Origin: Selaginella moellendorffii
Lineage: Eukaryota > Plantae > Lycopodiophyta
Length of the DNA stretch: 64,000 bases
Assembly (NCBI RefSeq): GCF_000143415.4
Contig: NW_003314421.1
Coordinates: 87,842-151,841, forward strand
Direction: 5' to 3'
Made by a program: the position numbers and the translations under genes. The notes under the pieces were generated by a model. The model saw only the letters and a list, made by a program, of their open reading frames with translations, was not told the DNA's origin and searched no databases. This document shows positions 1 through 12,472 of the stretch, piece after piece (within the stretch, counting starts at the first letter, position 1; every line of letters begins with the position of its first letter).

Positions 1-2635
1 AGAAACCTGTAGAGAAGGCGCGAATGTGAGCGTGATCGCGAGTGGGAGCGCGATGCGAGCGCGAGTGTGATGCGAGCGCGAGCGCGAGTGTGATGCAAGC
101 GCGAGTACGAAGCAAAATGCAAAACCTAACCTCACACGCGCGAAATGTCACAAAGGTTGGTAATCCCGCCACGTCATCATTCCTCGGACTTGGGCGCCAC
201 CATTAATTTCTGGATTTCCGCGCGCATGCAAGCACGCAAAATCCAAAAGAAATCCACAACGTCATCATTCCTCGGACTGCATGCACGCGAAATCCAAAAG
301 AAAGATCATGATTGGGATATCATTTAATACCCTCGCTATATTTATACCATGCATGATTGGATATTCCAAAGCATCTTGTATTTCCAAAAATGGCAGATGT
401 TCAGCTAAATAAAGAAATTCTATCTGTTTCTATTTTTCTCTCAAATCAATATTATAGCGTGTGGGCTCATGCAATTTTGAACCAAAGAAACCCAAAAAAC
501 GTTGGACCCAAAATAATTTGAAAAAACCCAAAAAACCCTAAACATTTTAAACCCAAAAATCCAGGCGTCCTGTGGCGTTATTCCTTGAATGGCGTGTGGG
601 CGCATGCCATTTTCAGGGCCAAATGCTGAATGGAGAAAAATTCCCTTTCAGTGCAAATGCTGCAAGAGGCAGATGCCGAGCACAAAGGACTGTAACTACC
701 TCACATGACACAGATAAACTTTTCTCTATTTGGCAAAGATAAACTTTATAGCGTGTGGGCTCATGCAATTTTGAACCCAAAAAATGCACCAAAAAATTCT
801 CGGCGTCATCTGGCGTTATCTCTTGAATGGCGTGGGGCCGCATGCCATTTTCAGGGGCACATAGGAGTATATTCCTAGAATATTCTGACACGCGTGAGAT
901 TTTTTTGAGTTTTCTGGAGATCCAACCGTTAGATCGCAACTATATTTTACAGAATGGTATACAATGTCTTTCTTGATGACTCTGCAAAGAAGCATCTCGA
1001 TCGGACACCACATGAGACCACACGAGCCTTACAATGTTTCAGGGGCATTTGCCATAGATCCGACCGTTATTTTTCTCCAAGATTTTACAGTTTGGTGTGC
1101 ATTGACCTTTCCATCGACACTGCAAAGGGACATCACAATCAGATGCGGGATCACAAGAAACTAACTTCACTAACTCTGGTTTCACCAAGATCTACGTAAT
1201 GAGTTATGAAATGAAAGGACCCTCTCTATTAAAATGTGTTTATGGTCCTAGGGGCATTGTGACATATCAAAGGATTTTGCATCAAGTTCTGTATTTGCAT
1301 GTTTATCAAGCTACTGAATTGCTAAACCCTAAACCCTAAACATGTGGCAAATGCTGCGTGAAGAAAGATGCCCTTTCTGGGCAAATGCTGTAAGAGGCAG
1401 ATGCCGAGCAGATGTATCTCAGGCTAGCGAAGGGGACAAACGAAAGCTAGCTATAAACATGACGGGATGCAAATAGATTACTAGGCTGGTCCTACGAAAA
1501 TCAAAAACCATAATTGAAAACATTGAAAATGCAAAAAGAAAGGTTTATAATATTTTTGAATTTTAAGCAACCAAAGGAATGTAAGTAGGGCATGTGTTTG
1601 TAAGTTTAAAAATGCCTCAACCACTTAAATTCCCAAGTAAATAAAGCTGTTTCTATTTTTGGTACAGGTAAACTTTATAGCGTGTGGGCTCATGCAATTT
1701 TGAACCCAGAAATGCACCAAAAAATGCTCGACTAGCATTATTCTTTGAATGGCGTGTGGCCTTATATTGCCATAAATGGACGTACACACACAGCATAATT
1801 ATTCCTTTACACGGCGAATAATCTTGGCGCGGATCGCTGACATGGCATGGCAAAGTTCGAATCACTGACATGGCACAGCTGGATCGAGGCAAGGACATGA
1901 TGTGACAAAGTTCAACCTCCGACAGCAAAGTCTAGAAGCTACTCAGTTTGAAATTTGTCAGAGGAATCATAAAATCTGGTTTGTCAGAGGATTTGATGTG
2001 ACGTTCAAGCGTGTGTTATTTTTGAATTCTCGAACTCATTCCTAGGTCTATCATTTTTGTGCGCCGTGTTCTTGGTTCCGCTGAGCGCAGTGAGCGCTGC
2101 TTGTGTAAGCGGCGTTGTGGGCTGTGGTTTATGCGTCTACGAGCGGTTGCGGCATTGCGAGCGCCATTGCGAGCGGCAGTTTATGCGAGTGGCAGTTTGT
2201 GCGAGCGGCGCTACGAGCAGTTGCGGTGTTGCGAGCGGCGCTACGAGTAGTTGCGGTGTTGCGAGCGGCACTGTCTTTGGTGTGGCTACCGCTTCCTCTT
2301 GATATTCGGCACTTGTGCTTCCTGTTATGTTCACCATGGAATGGCTTAGGACCACATTTAGAAATGGCATGAGGCCACATGCCATCTTGGGCCCTTGCAA
2401 TTTCATGGCTAGCGTATTGTCATGTATGTTTTTACTTGCCTGCAGCTGTGTGTATATCAAGATGGCATGAGGCCTCATGCCAATTTTGTGAATGCGAAAT
2501 TTCACGTGGGTGTCAATAGCATGTTTGAATAATGGCATGTGGCCTCATGCTATTGAGGTTGTTTGGTATGTTATGATTTAGGCCATTCTCCAATCATTTT
2601 TTATATGGTCTTAACTTCTTTTCTGCACTTTCAGA

Positions 2636-5600
2636 ATGGCCTTCAGGGTTGGGGAAAAGGTTTACATTTTGAATGGTGGGAAGAGAGTTGCAAAAGGGAC
2701 CCTTGTGTCTATGGATCGGAACTTTGTTATACACTGTCAAAGGCTTGGGGAAGGCAATGCTGCTGTATCAGTAGAGACTGTCTTCGATGGGAATGTGGTC
2801 GCTATTGAACGAGGAGAGATGGTCGTCGGGGTAAATGTTGTTGTTGCCTTGAAAAATCTTCAGAAGAAAGCAGATGTTGGGGACAGCGCAAGTGCGACGC
2901 ATGTTCCCTCCGTGGATCTTAAGAACCGTGCTACATGGATTCAGGCAAAGGTGTTTCTAAACAACCCCGAGGGGTAGGTGGTAGCTGAGGGCTTAGCCAC
3001 AGTTGTCGATCCAAGAGATGCGGTTGCTAATCAAGAATTGGGCTGGGATGATATTGGAGTTGTGATTTTAGAGGTTGTTGACACAGAAGAAAACAGTCTG
3101 ACTATTGGAAGCATTGTGCGGTGGAAATTGAGGCACTTAGTGTTTGAGAATGTGAAGGATTCACAATCAAACACCACTACAACTGATGACAGAACATCTC
3201 TTCATGGGAAAAGAAAGTACACCTTCCTAAAGCGCAGCCAAAGGGATCTGAGCAACGAACCGAAAAGGCAGAAAATGGCGATGGAGGTTCGAATGGTCTT
3301 AACAGTTGCTTGTTGCAAGAGGAGGTGCTGTCAACATGCTGATTGGGATGCTATTGAAGAGGAGAGAGCAAGATACAAGACATTGTCCTGGAAGGCAGCT
3401 CGCAATTTTGTGTATGAGGCATTACGGTCATTTGTTGATGCTTCAGAACATCAGGTGGGGGGCATGGTCTTCCAGAGGGGTTTGGTCTGCATGAAGGCAT
3501 GGAGAATCATTTATGGAGTCCCTCGAAGCACATTCTACAGAATCAAAACTGAGTTCGAGGAACAAAGGGTTCAACAGGCAGTCCATGGGAACGACAGTAC
3601 GCACAAAACCAGGGGTCATTTTGTATATGGAGAGGCAATCTTCAAGAGGTTTGTCGAGACATGTAGCGAGCAGCAACCACATAAAACCTGCCTCTTGGAA
3701 GATGGAACACGAGACACCCAACGAGTTCTCCCTTCCATGTATACCAAGGGGGCCATATTGGAAGATGTGAATCGGGAACTCCAGAGTAATGGCTACAGGA
3801 AGCTGAGCCAATCTAGATTTAGTAGATTGTGGAGCAACAGGTTCAGGGATGTGAGTATAGGAAAGTACTCCAGCTTTTCAAAGTGTGACGAGTGCACTGC
3901 TATCAAAATGGCTTTGTCGAAGAATTCTTGCAGCGCTCAAGAGCGAGAGACGTTGGTTAGAAGGCGGCTCGACCACAACATCGAGCAGAGAAGCTGCAGG
4001 ACTGCATATTATCATAACAGGATTCTCTCCATGGAGAGACCTGACTCTTACCTCTGCATCATCCACGACAAAATGGACCAGAAAAAGACGTGCTTACCTC
4101 GACTCAATCCTGCCCCCAAGGCAATCTCTTCATCCATGCAGCTGCCTGTGTCTCTGTTTGGCATAATCGCTCATGGGCATGGTGCCCAGAACTATGGGAA
4201 CTTCTTTGTACCTCTATGGGGTGGCGGGGGTGCAAACATGATGATTGCGTCCCTAGCAAAACACTTAAGGTCTCTGCAAAGTGTGCAGACTGAGCTGAAT
4301 GGCCAACCCTTGCATAAGGCCCTTGTCGATCGAACCCCATACAGGGTTCAGCTGGAGGAGGAGCAAAGGCTTGCAGTATCGCGTGGGGCCCCATGCCATC
4401 CCAGTGAATATGTTGGCCATCAGATTGTAGGGTTATCACGTGAGGCCTCATGCCATTCCGACGAGGCTGGTCGCCCGGTGAATGCACAGCCTCATCCAAA
4501 CGAAGCAGAATCTCAAGGAAGTTCTTGCGGCCGATGTGGCCTTCCACCCCATCTTCTGCTCCAAACAGACAATGCTGGCAGTGAGAACAAAAACATGTAC
4601 GTCTTCGCGTACTTGGCGATGCTTGTTGCCAAAGGCATATTTGAAACGGTTACACTTGGCTTTCTCATGGTTGGGCACACTCATGAAGACGTGGATGCCA
4701 TGTTCAGTCACCTGGCAGAGTCCCTCCGGCGATCCAATGTCCTCACCCTCCCACAACTCTACGATGAATTCCAAAATTGCATCAAAGGCACTGTTGAAGC
4801 TGCACTTCTGACAGAGGTTCCAGACTTTAAGGGGTTTGTAAGAGGCTACATCAGGGACGGATCCGAAATGCTGATTGGCCACTCCAAGCCTCTTCAGTTT
4901 CATTTCAGCATGCGTGACGGTGCTCTAGTGATGAGGTACAAGATGAGAGAATGGGACACAGTGTGGCTGCCAGTGGACGGCATTGAACTCTTCAAGAGAG
5001 ATCCCATAATTGGGGAACCTATAATTCCTCAAGGTTCCCCACGGCCGATGCACCCGGATGGACTCAAAGACCAGGAAAGTATAGTGGCCGGGATTAGACA
5101 GCATATTGCCTTTTGGAAGAGGGGGTTGGTGTTTGGTGGAGAATCCTATTTTCAGAGGTGCAAGCCTTTGCTCGAATACTGGGAGAAGATTATATCTGCT
5201 ATCCAAAATGGGCCGGTTGTATATGAAGAATTGGAAGAGTCCTTTTGGCCAGAACCCAGAGCACCAGATAGTAGCGGAACAATTTCCTTTGGAAATGCAG
5301 TGACAGATAACGATGTTGAGGATCACTATTGTGGGCCGAGGAACAAGAAGCCGGATTCAGCATTCAATCCAGTACAGGTCTGCAAAGGAATGGTCGTGCT
5401 TGTCAGACCCAGTAATAAAAAACAAATGATATGGGTGGGGCGCTGCATCACTGATGCAGAGGAGGATGCGGAAACTAACTCCTTCAATGTAACTGTGGAG
5501 TGGTTCAAGCCAAGTTCCGAATATACGAAGGATTGCCTAGAAAAGAGATGGGTGTTGAATCCAAGGGATCCCAGCATGAGCATATCGGTGGATAATGTTG

Positions 5601-5777
5601 TGCATGGTTGGATGCGGAAGCAGAGTGCCACCATCACCTTGCCAGACCATGCAAAAGATGCAGCAAGAGCATTCATAACCCGGGTTCAAGGTGAGATTCA
5701 TTAATATTCCTTTACTAAGTTTCTAATGTATTTTATTTCAAGGTGAACAATCCGAATCTGAATCAGAGGAGGCGTGA
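2636..5777 (+). pseudogene. DUF7869/Sola1-like DDD transposase (~1030 aa) with one premature stop
   Basis: ORFs 2636-2977 and 2978-5704 are in frame, split by a TAG that is GAG in copy B. Motifs: HDKMDQKKT..LPR, LQTDNAGSENKN, FLMVGHTHEDVDAMFS, and KCDEC zinc ligands. A probable 52-nt intron (5691-5742) adds a last exon GEQSESESEEA*. Confidence 0.85.
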
Positions 5778-6389
5778 TGGCATGTGGCCTTACGCCATTC
5801 CTAGGTGAGATGATACAAATAACAAGTATAAATTCTTAGTTGTTCTAGCAAATCTTACTTAAAGTTCAAGGTGAACAAGCCGAATATGAATTCATCGGAT
5901 TGTTATAACAAATTGCGAGGTGATGGCATGAGGCGATATGCCATTTGAGAGTGGTAGCCATTCCTATATGAGGTGAGTGAAATATTTATTAGAAATACCT
6001 CATTCAATTGTGCACTTCTAAGTCTTGGTCCACTCAGTACTGTTTGCATGTTTTTATTTTAATTCTTTCTCTAAAATGTTATTTAGCATGTGGCTTCATG
6101 CCATTGCTCTCCACAATCATGCATTGAATTTTTCTATCCTTGCATAATACTTCTCCATATATATAGCATGTGCGCACATGTGATATGGTTCATTAGGCCT
6201 GATATAGTGTGTGAGGTAAAACAAAGATGATGTGACATATGCATTTACCAATCACACGTGCATAAATCTAATAATATGGCGTGTGGCCCATATTATTAGA
6301 TTTATTGTACCATCATTCCCTTGCAGCGTGTGTGTTGGTTTCCTTTTATAACACAACGAACTCCATATTTTAGGGTGAAGAGCGTTCTC

Positions 6390-6647
6390 ATGGCAAGCAC
6401 AAAATCTGTAAGTGAGGCAGAAAAGGAGACGGAGAAGGAGATAGGTGAAGATGTAAAATATATAAGTCTTCCAAACTCCCCGTACTATACTCCAGGTGAT
6501 CATTTTTCTGAACAAACGGCAACATTAACAACTATCGAGAACGCCCCAGTAACGTCAGAGACAACAATCCAAAGCAAAACAACTGACCCGGAGAAGGATG
6601 ATAGTACCGCTGAGAGTACCAAAAAGGAGGTGTCCACTAGCGCTTAG
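6390..6647 (+). CDS. Small acidic S/T/E-rich ORF (85 aa) in the Sola-like element, function unknown
   Basis: ATG-initiated ORF MASTKSVSEAEKE..., open in both copies (copy B ~14507-14764, minus strand). No recognisable domain, and the copies are too similar for conservation to be informative. Confidence 0.3.
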   Translation: MASTKSVSEAEKETEKEIGEDVKYISLPNSPYYTPGDHFSEQTATLTTIENAPVTSETTIQSKTTDPEKDDSTAESTKKEVSTSA

Positions 6648-7283
6648 GCTTATAATGGCGTGTGCCCTCATGCCATTTACTTGATCACCAAATACTTTTT
6701 TCCCTTTGCACTAGTATATCTTAATACCGGTCTGAGAAATAGAATGGCATGTGCCCTCAGGCCTTTTACTAAATCACCTTTGAAAGAAATGCAAGCCTCT
6801 ATGTCGTAAAAAAAAGGTACTAGAGAAATTCCTTAATAATATGAATGTTATTTAGTTTCATGAAAATACACTAAGGGTCAAATGAGTTAAACGACTTCTC
6901 CAGACTAGCAATGCCTCTTGCTACACCTTCACAATTAGATTCGTTAGAAAAAGATAACATTGAATAATATCTAAATGTTCTCACCATTAAGTTATATGTC
7001 TAGCTAATAGGAATGACGTTCATCTTGGAAAGCTCACCACACGCTCAATGAACAAACAAATAATGTGTGCGTGCATGCCATCGCTCTTCTTTAGCTTCAG
7101 ATTCGGCTTGTTCACCTTGACAATGAGATTTATTATACAACCAGATGGACTCAGTCTGGACACAAAGTCACCGCGCTAGTCACCATGCCCCAGATATGTC
7201 TAGCCCCTGGACAAAAAACATATAATTTCACGTCATTTTCAAATACTTGAAAATTTGTACCTAGTCCCATTTTACTGAATAAA

Positions 7284-7307
7284 TCCCACTTTAACGAAAT
7301 AGAGCTT
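7284..7307. repeat. Terminal inverted repeat of Sola-like copy A
   Basis: Identical to 26742-26765 and the reverse complement of 13847-13870. Confidence 0.9.
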
Positions 7308-10032
7308 ATCAAAGGAATAGCCACCTCTACAAACTTATGCTGGAAACATTGGTAGTAACTAGCCATACCAAGAAAACTGTGCAACTCAGCCACTATATTC
7401 GGTGTAGGCCAATTTTCCACCACAGCCACCTTCCTTGGATCCCTCTTGACACCCTTAGATGTCACAATATGGCCTAGATATTCCACTTCCAACTTTGCAA
7501 ACTCACATTTTCTCTTTTTCACATAAAGTTTGCTGTCTCGAAGTAACAAAAGAACCTTGTGCATATGCACCTTATACTCCTCCATATTCTTGCTGAAAAC
7601 AAGAATATCGTTCAAGAAAATCTCCACAAACTCATGAAGATAACGCCTAAATACCTCTATCATCAACCGAGTAAATGTGGCTGGTGCATTTGTCAAACCA
7701 AATGGCATAATTGTAAACTCAAAATGTTCGAAGCTTGTGTTGAATGCCATCTTGGAGATAGATACATCATCCATTGCAATATGATGATATCCACTCCTTA
7801 GATCAATCATGGTAAACACTTAAGCTTCACCAAGTTTGTCTAGGATATCATCCACATGTGGCATCGGCATCTTATCCTTCACTATCTTCTTGTTCAAAGC
7901 ATGGTAGTCAATACATATCCACATTGAACCGTCTTTCTTCTTCACAAGCAAGACTGGAGCACCAAATGGAGACTTACTTGGCTGAATAAATTCAAACTCA
8001 AGTAACTCCTTGACTTGTTGTTGAACTTCTTGCTCCTCTACATAACTTAACCGAAATGGATGTCAGTAAATTGGCCGCATCCCCGGCTCCAATATAATCC
8101 CATGCTCCACACCTCATAATGGAGGCAACCCATGAGGAAGTTCAGATGGAAAAACATTAAAAAACTCGTCAAATACATCCCGTATTGCTGTTTTGCCTTC
8201 ACACATGCCTTGGTCCCCCAAGTCACGAACAAACAGCAAGTAACTCGAAAATGCTTTTTCAGTACGACAAGCCCGCTTCAAAGATGTAGTAGAGAGCATA
8301 ACAGCTGGTGGTTGAACTCTCTATCCAAACCACACATCTTTAATGCCACTGTACTTTAGCAAGACACACTTAATACTCCACTTTATCCCTGGATCCACTT
8401 TCACCAACCATGGCATCCCAAGAATGAGATCCACATGATATATATCCGCGAGATAAAAAGTCTCTACAAGTGTGGTTTTGCCAACCAACACTTCTAGCCC
8501 CTCGACACAAGCATCAAAATGTTGAGCAGAGGTAGTTGCACCTTCCACCGTATATGGAAGAACTCCTCGGGTGACCAGGCTATGCTCCACAACAAACTTT
8601 GCTGAAACAAAGTTATCATCACTCCCACTATCCAGTAAAATCCACACTAGATTGCCATGGAACACGCCCTCCAGCATTAAAGCTGATTCACGAGTATCCT
8701 CAAGCTCCATCTTGTTCCACACACAGTTGAGATGACAAGCAACGATCGAAAGTCTCTTCCTCAGACCGGAATGATTGTTCTTGTCATCCTCACGCATTCT
8801 TCTTGTCCTACTGCTTGTTCTTCAACTGTGGACAATCAACCTTGTAATGTCCAAGTTTGCCACAATGATGATAACCTTGTCTATAATTCTTCACAAAGAA
8901 TTTTTGCTTCTTGGACCCCTTTGCATCTGAAGTAGTCACCACTGACTTTAACTTGTGATGCTTGTTCCCATCTTTGTGTCCACGGCAATCATCATGACAA
9001 TTCTCAATAGAAGGACTCCACGAATGCTTGTGAGACTTGTGCTTGTCATTGTCAAGTCGACAAGCCGCATCAAAGAGCTCCTCCAAACTCTTTGTAAACT
9101 GAGAATGATGCAAGTGTTGCCGCATGCTCTCACTATTAAGGCCATCAATGAAGTAGGACTTGTTCTGGTCTGGATCCTCATTGGAACACGACTAATCAAG
9201 TGAGTAAGCTTCTCAATATAGTCCCTGAGAGTCATTTTCCCTTGCTGGAAATGTCAAAGTTCTATACGAGCACTCTCCACGTCATAATGAGGGGCAAAAC
9301 ATAAACGGAAAGCAGCCTCAAACTCATCCATGGTAGATACTGGTGGTTTCTTATCCACAACACAAGACTCCTCAAGCCAATTCCACCATCGAAGACCTAC
9401 ATCATGCAAAACCATTGGAATAGACACTAAAGCCTCTACATTTGAAATTCTCCTAGTAGCTAAGAACTTCACATTGGCTAGCCAAGAGAGATACTCATCC
9501 ATACTACCATCACTGGAAAAGGTTGGAATCTTGAGTCAATTTACCAAAGAAGGCTTACTTGGAGCGCTACCACATCCAGCCTCGAGTGCCTCAACATGCC
9601 CACGCATGGTATCCATCATGCCATGCATCTCATTTTTCATCTCTTGCTAATTTTGATTAAGGGCTCACAGCTCATGAACCACATCTTGAATGGTCCAAAT
9701 CTCTACAGCTCGATTGGCACTATCGTCGGCACCACCATCGATAATAGGATTCCAGCATTCAGCTTGGTCAGCCATCCCAACCAACTCCTTTGATACCAAT
9801 GTTAAGATCCAATGCAAAAAGATAGAGATTTAGCTGCCCTAGATTATGCTACGCCACCTCTTGAGGTTCTTCACCACCCAACCACCCCCAAACTACCTCA
9901 AAAGCTCCATTGCGCTGCTGCTCCACTATGAGCCCTAGGGTAAGTTCAGTCCCTTACCCTAACATGCCTTAATATACCCTTGAGCCTCCCTTTGACCAAT
10001 GTTGACCATGTGGTCAAAGCTGGTGCCTAACA
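7308..10032 (-). mobile_element. Ty3/Gypsy LTR retrotransposon copy 1 (5' LTR, gag, protease, RT), interrupted by Sola-like copy A
   Basis: 233-bp LTR at 9800-10032 homologous to 39460-39692. iMet-type PBS (TGGTATCA on minus, ~9791-9798). Gag zinc knuckle HHCGKLGHYKVDCP, protease [13 protein letters not shown] fragments (DLRSGYHH, MPFGLTNAPATF). Several stops. Confidence 0.92.
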
Positions 10033-10557
10033 ATCATACTCCCAGGTTTAAACTGCACTCCATCCCTAGAGTGTCTAAATTGTTTGCTTGTTGCACTGCT
10101 TGTGCCGACTTGTTACCATTTTGTAATTTATATTCATATTTCGCTAAGACCTACTCTGCGACAGTGAAAGCCTAAATAAATCATGAATGTCTTGGATTTA
10201 TTCCAGAAAATATACCAGGAATATTTGGCAATCTCGTACGACTGTTGCAAATGATACATGTTTGTATGAAGCGATACTATAGTGTATATAGTGCTATATT
10301 TTATACATGAAACTGGGGTATCATCTTTTTCTGTTTTTTGCGTAAGAATCCTGTACTTTTAGATTGCAGATCTGGTCGCTGCACCGCTTGAATGCAACTT
10401 GAGTATTGAGTAAACCAAAGCCCGTGAAGTTGTTCTTTGAGCAGCTTGCAAAGGCACTGAAAATCAATAGCAAATCTGATATGCTTAAATCAAACAACAC
10501 ACAACAGACGTTCGTTCAAGAATCAAGTACTTACTTTCAGTCGACGCAGTTTGTCGC

Positions 10558-11877
10558 TCACTCCCACATGCTGTACCAAGATAGGAGAGACCAATGCTGA
10601 TCTTGAAGGCCATCTCTCATCCACTTCCCCTCCACAAACTCATAAGTGACACTTGCATCTTCATCCACCAACTTGTTCCTGCTGCAGATCTCAAACACTT
10701 TGATCCCCAGCTTCGTCGTGTACCAGTTAAGCAGAGGGTAGAAAGTGTCAGCGATATACTTGAACTCTGGAATAGTGTGAGCATGACCGTGAATATCGAA
10801 CAAGACACGAATCTTCTGCTGGAGCTCTGACATCTCCATCTTCTTCAACTGTATGTCCGACCTATCCACTAAGAAGGTTGCAGTAGTCGAGGAAGAGGAA
10901 GCTCATTGAAGAGTGTCCAGGATCCCCATTGTGTGCACTCTAGTGTTCCGCCTCGGCTTGATGCACGACAAGTAAAACCCCATACATTTCCTGATGTCGC
11001 ACTGCTGCTGGCAGGAATCCATGTCTTTGTCCAGCTCCTCCTTAGCGGCTTGGATAACCCGTTTACAGATGACATGCATACCTTCTTTGCATGCTGAACT
11101 TCGCTTCCGATCCCAATCAGGGGGAAGTACCTGTCCCTGAATCTCAAAATCATGCTATACCTCACTTAGAGATTTCTCGCTCGCCTCCTTGTTGAAAACG
11201 AACCACCACAGGCTCCTGTAAGTTATGGCAGCTTTGTCATAGGAGCTGTATGGCTTCAACTTCCTAGGCCCTATAGGCCTGCAGTCCACCAGCTCGTCAA
11301 GAACTCCCTGCTTCTGTATGGCTTCCCTTGTAAAGTAAGAAAGGAAGCTTGCCGCAACATCCAAAATCTCAGTAGCTGCAGTGAACCAATTGGTCCCCAG
11401 TATCTCGTAGAGTTCAGGCTTCAAATATCTTGTCCAATCCTCTAGCACTTGGAGACGAGGTTGAATCTCATTCACCCGTTTTTGCAGTGAATCCAGGCGA
11501 ACAATGAGGCTTGGGAACTCTCCTCCGGCCTTCTGCTGTGCTATGAAGTGACCTGGTGGCTGTTGCTTGGTAAGACCCCACATATACTGCTTCGCATCCA
11601 TCAGCTGCATCGCAGATGCTTTCTTATCCACTATCCCACCTGATAGATCCAAAGAGCTGTCTGAAAGCACCAACACCTGCTCGTCAAGAGTCTTGCTTGC
11701 CAATGCTGGTGCCTCGACACTCTTTTCTACTGGCGCCTTGATTCTTGGAGCCTTGCTTGCCTCTGGCGCCTCGCTTCTTAGCCTCTTTCCACCAGTATAA
11801 AGACGAGGATGCCATGATTTGATACCTGACTCGAAACCTTCCAAACCGCTGTCGTGATTTATGACCGCCGGAATCAC
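10558..11877 (-). pseudogene. Uncharacterised protein pseudogene (one frame, two internal stops)
   Basis: ORFs 11155-11877 and 10558-10869 share a frame. The intervening sequence translates with only a TAG at 11155 and one TGA near 10903. No domain recognised. Confidence 0.55.
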
Positions 11878-12219
11878 AGGACTTGCACATCAAGGAGAGA
11901 TCTTCGTCATACACACATACATTGCCGTCTCCATCTTGTTGTAACCCTAGGTCATGTTTATTTCGGATGGCAATTTATTATACGCTGGGAGCCGTCAGAT
12001 CCAATCAGGAACATCCGCAGCCGTCAGATCTTCATTACTAACTTCGGTTGATGGGTAATGCGAAGTGTTTCTCCAGCGCGAGGGATTGGATCCAGTCGTG
12101 GCGCACGGCACATCGTCCGATGCCCTGCGCCGCAATGGTTGAGTTCCAACAAAATTAGGGTTCTTCCAGACTCGCTGTTTCCCCAAACATTCTCTCGATC
12201 CAGCTCCAGATATGGGATC

Positions 12220-12472
12220 TCGATCTGGCAAAAAATGCTCCACCCCTGTGCGACATTGCCAATTGCCGTGCAAGCGCCGATTGCAGTGCTGAAGCTACGG
12301 CCTCACTCCCATCTGATGCATCCTCCAGGCCCCTTCTTCCGTCCCCATTCCAAGAAAACACAGCCATGAGCGAATTCCACACATCGCTGTTGAGCTCCTG
12401 TTCTTGGCACAAGAGTGATCGCGCCTTGTCGATCATGGCCCCAGATGCCATTTCCTGGACAATGCTCGTCAT
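12220..12472 (-). pseudogene. PLS-class pentatricopeptide-repeat (PPR) fragment
   Basis: MIDKARSLL..ELNSDVWNSLMAVFSWNGDGRRGLE, then after a frameshift MHQMGVRP..FSTAIGACTAIGNVAQGWSIF. These match plant PPR P/L motif patterns. Confidence 0.6.

Larger units (their letters stand above)
1..7307 (+). mobile_element. Sola-like DNA transposon, copy A (partial; runs off the window start), inserted into a Gypsy pol gene
   Basis: 1-7307 is the reverse complement of 13847-20234, apart from indels. It ends in the same 24-bp TIR (tcccactttaacgaaatagagctt, 7284-7307) as copy B, and Gypsy pol sequence resumes immediately at 7308. Confidence 0.9.

Noticed and set aside
1322-1340. Telomeric AAACCCT repeats (also ~32990-33021, ~40141)
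   Set aside because: Only 2-3 units; telo-box-sized, not a telomere or interstitial array.
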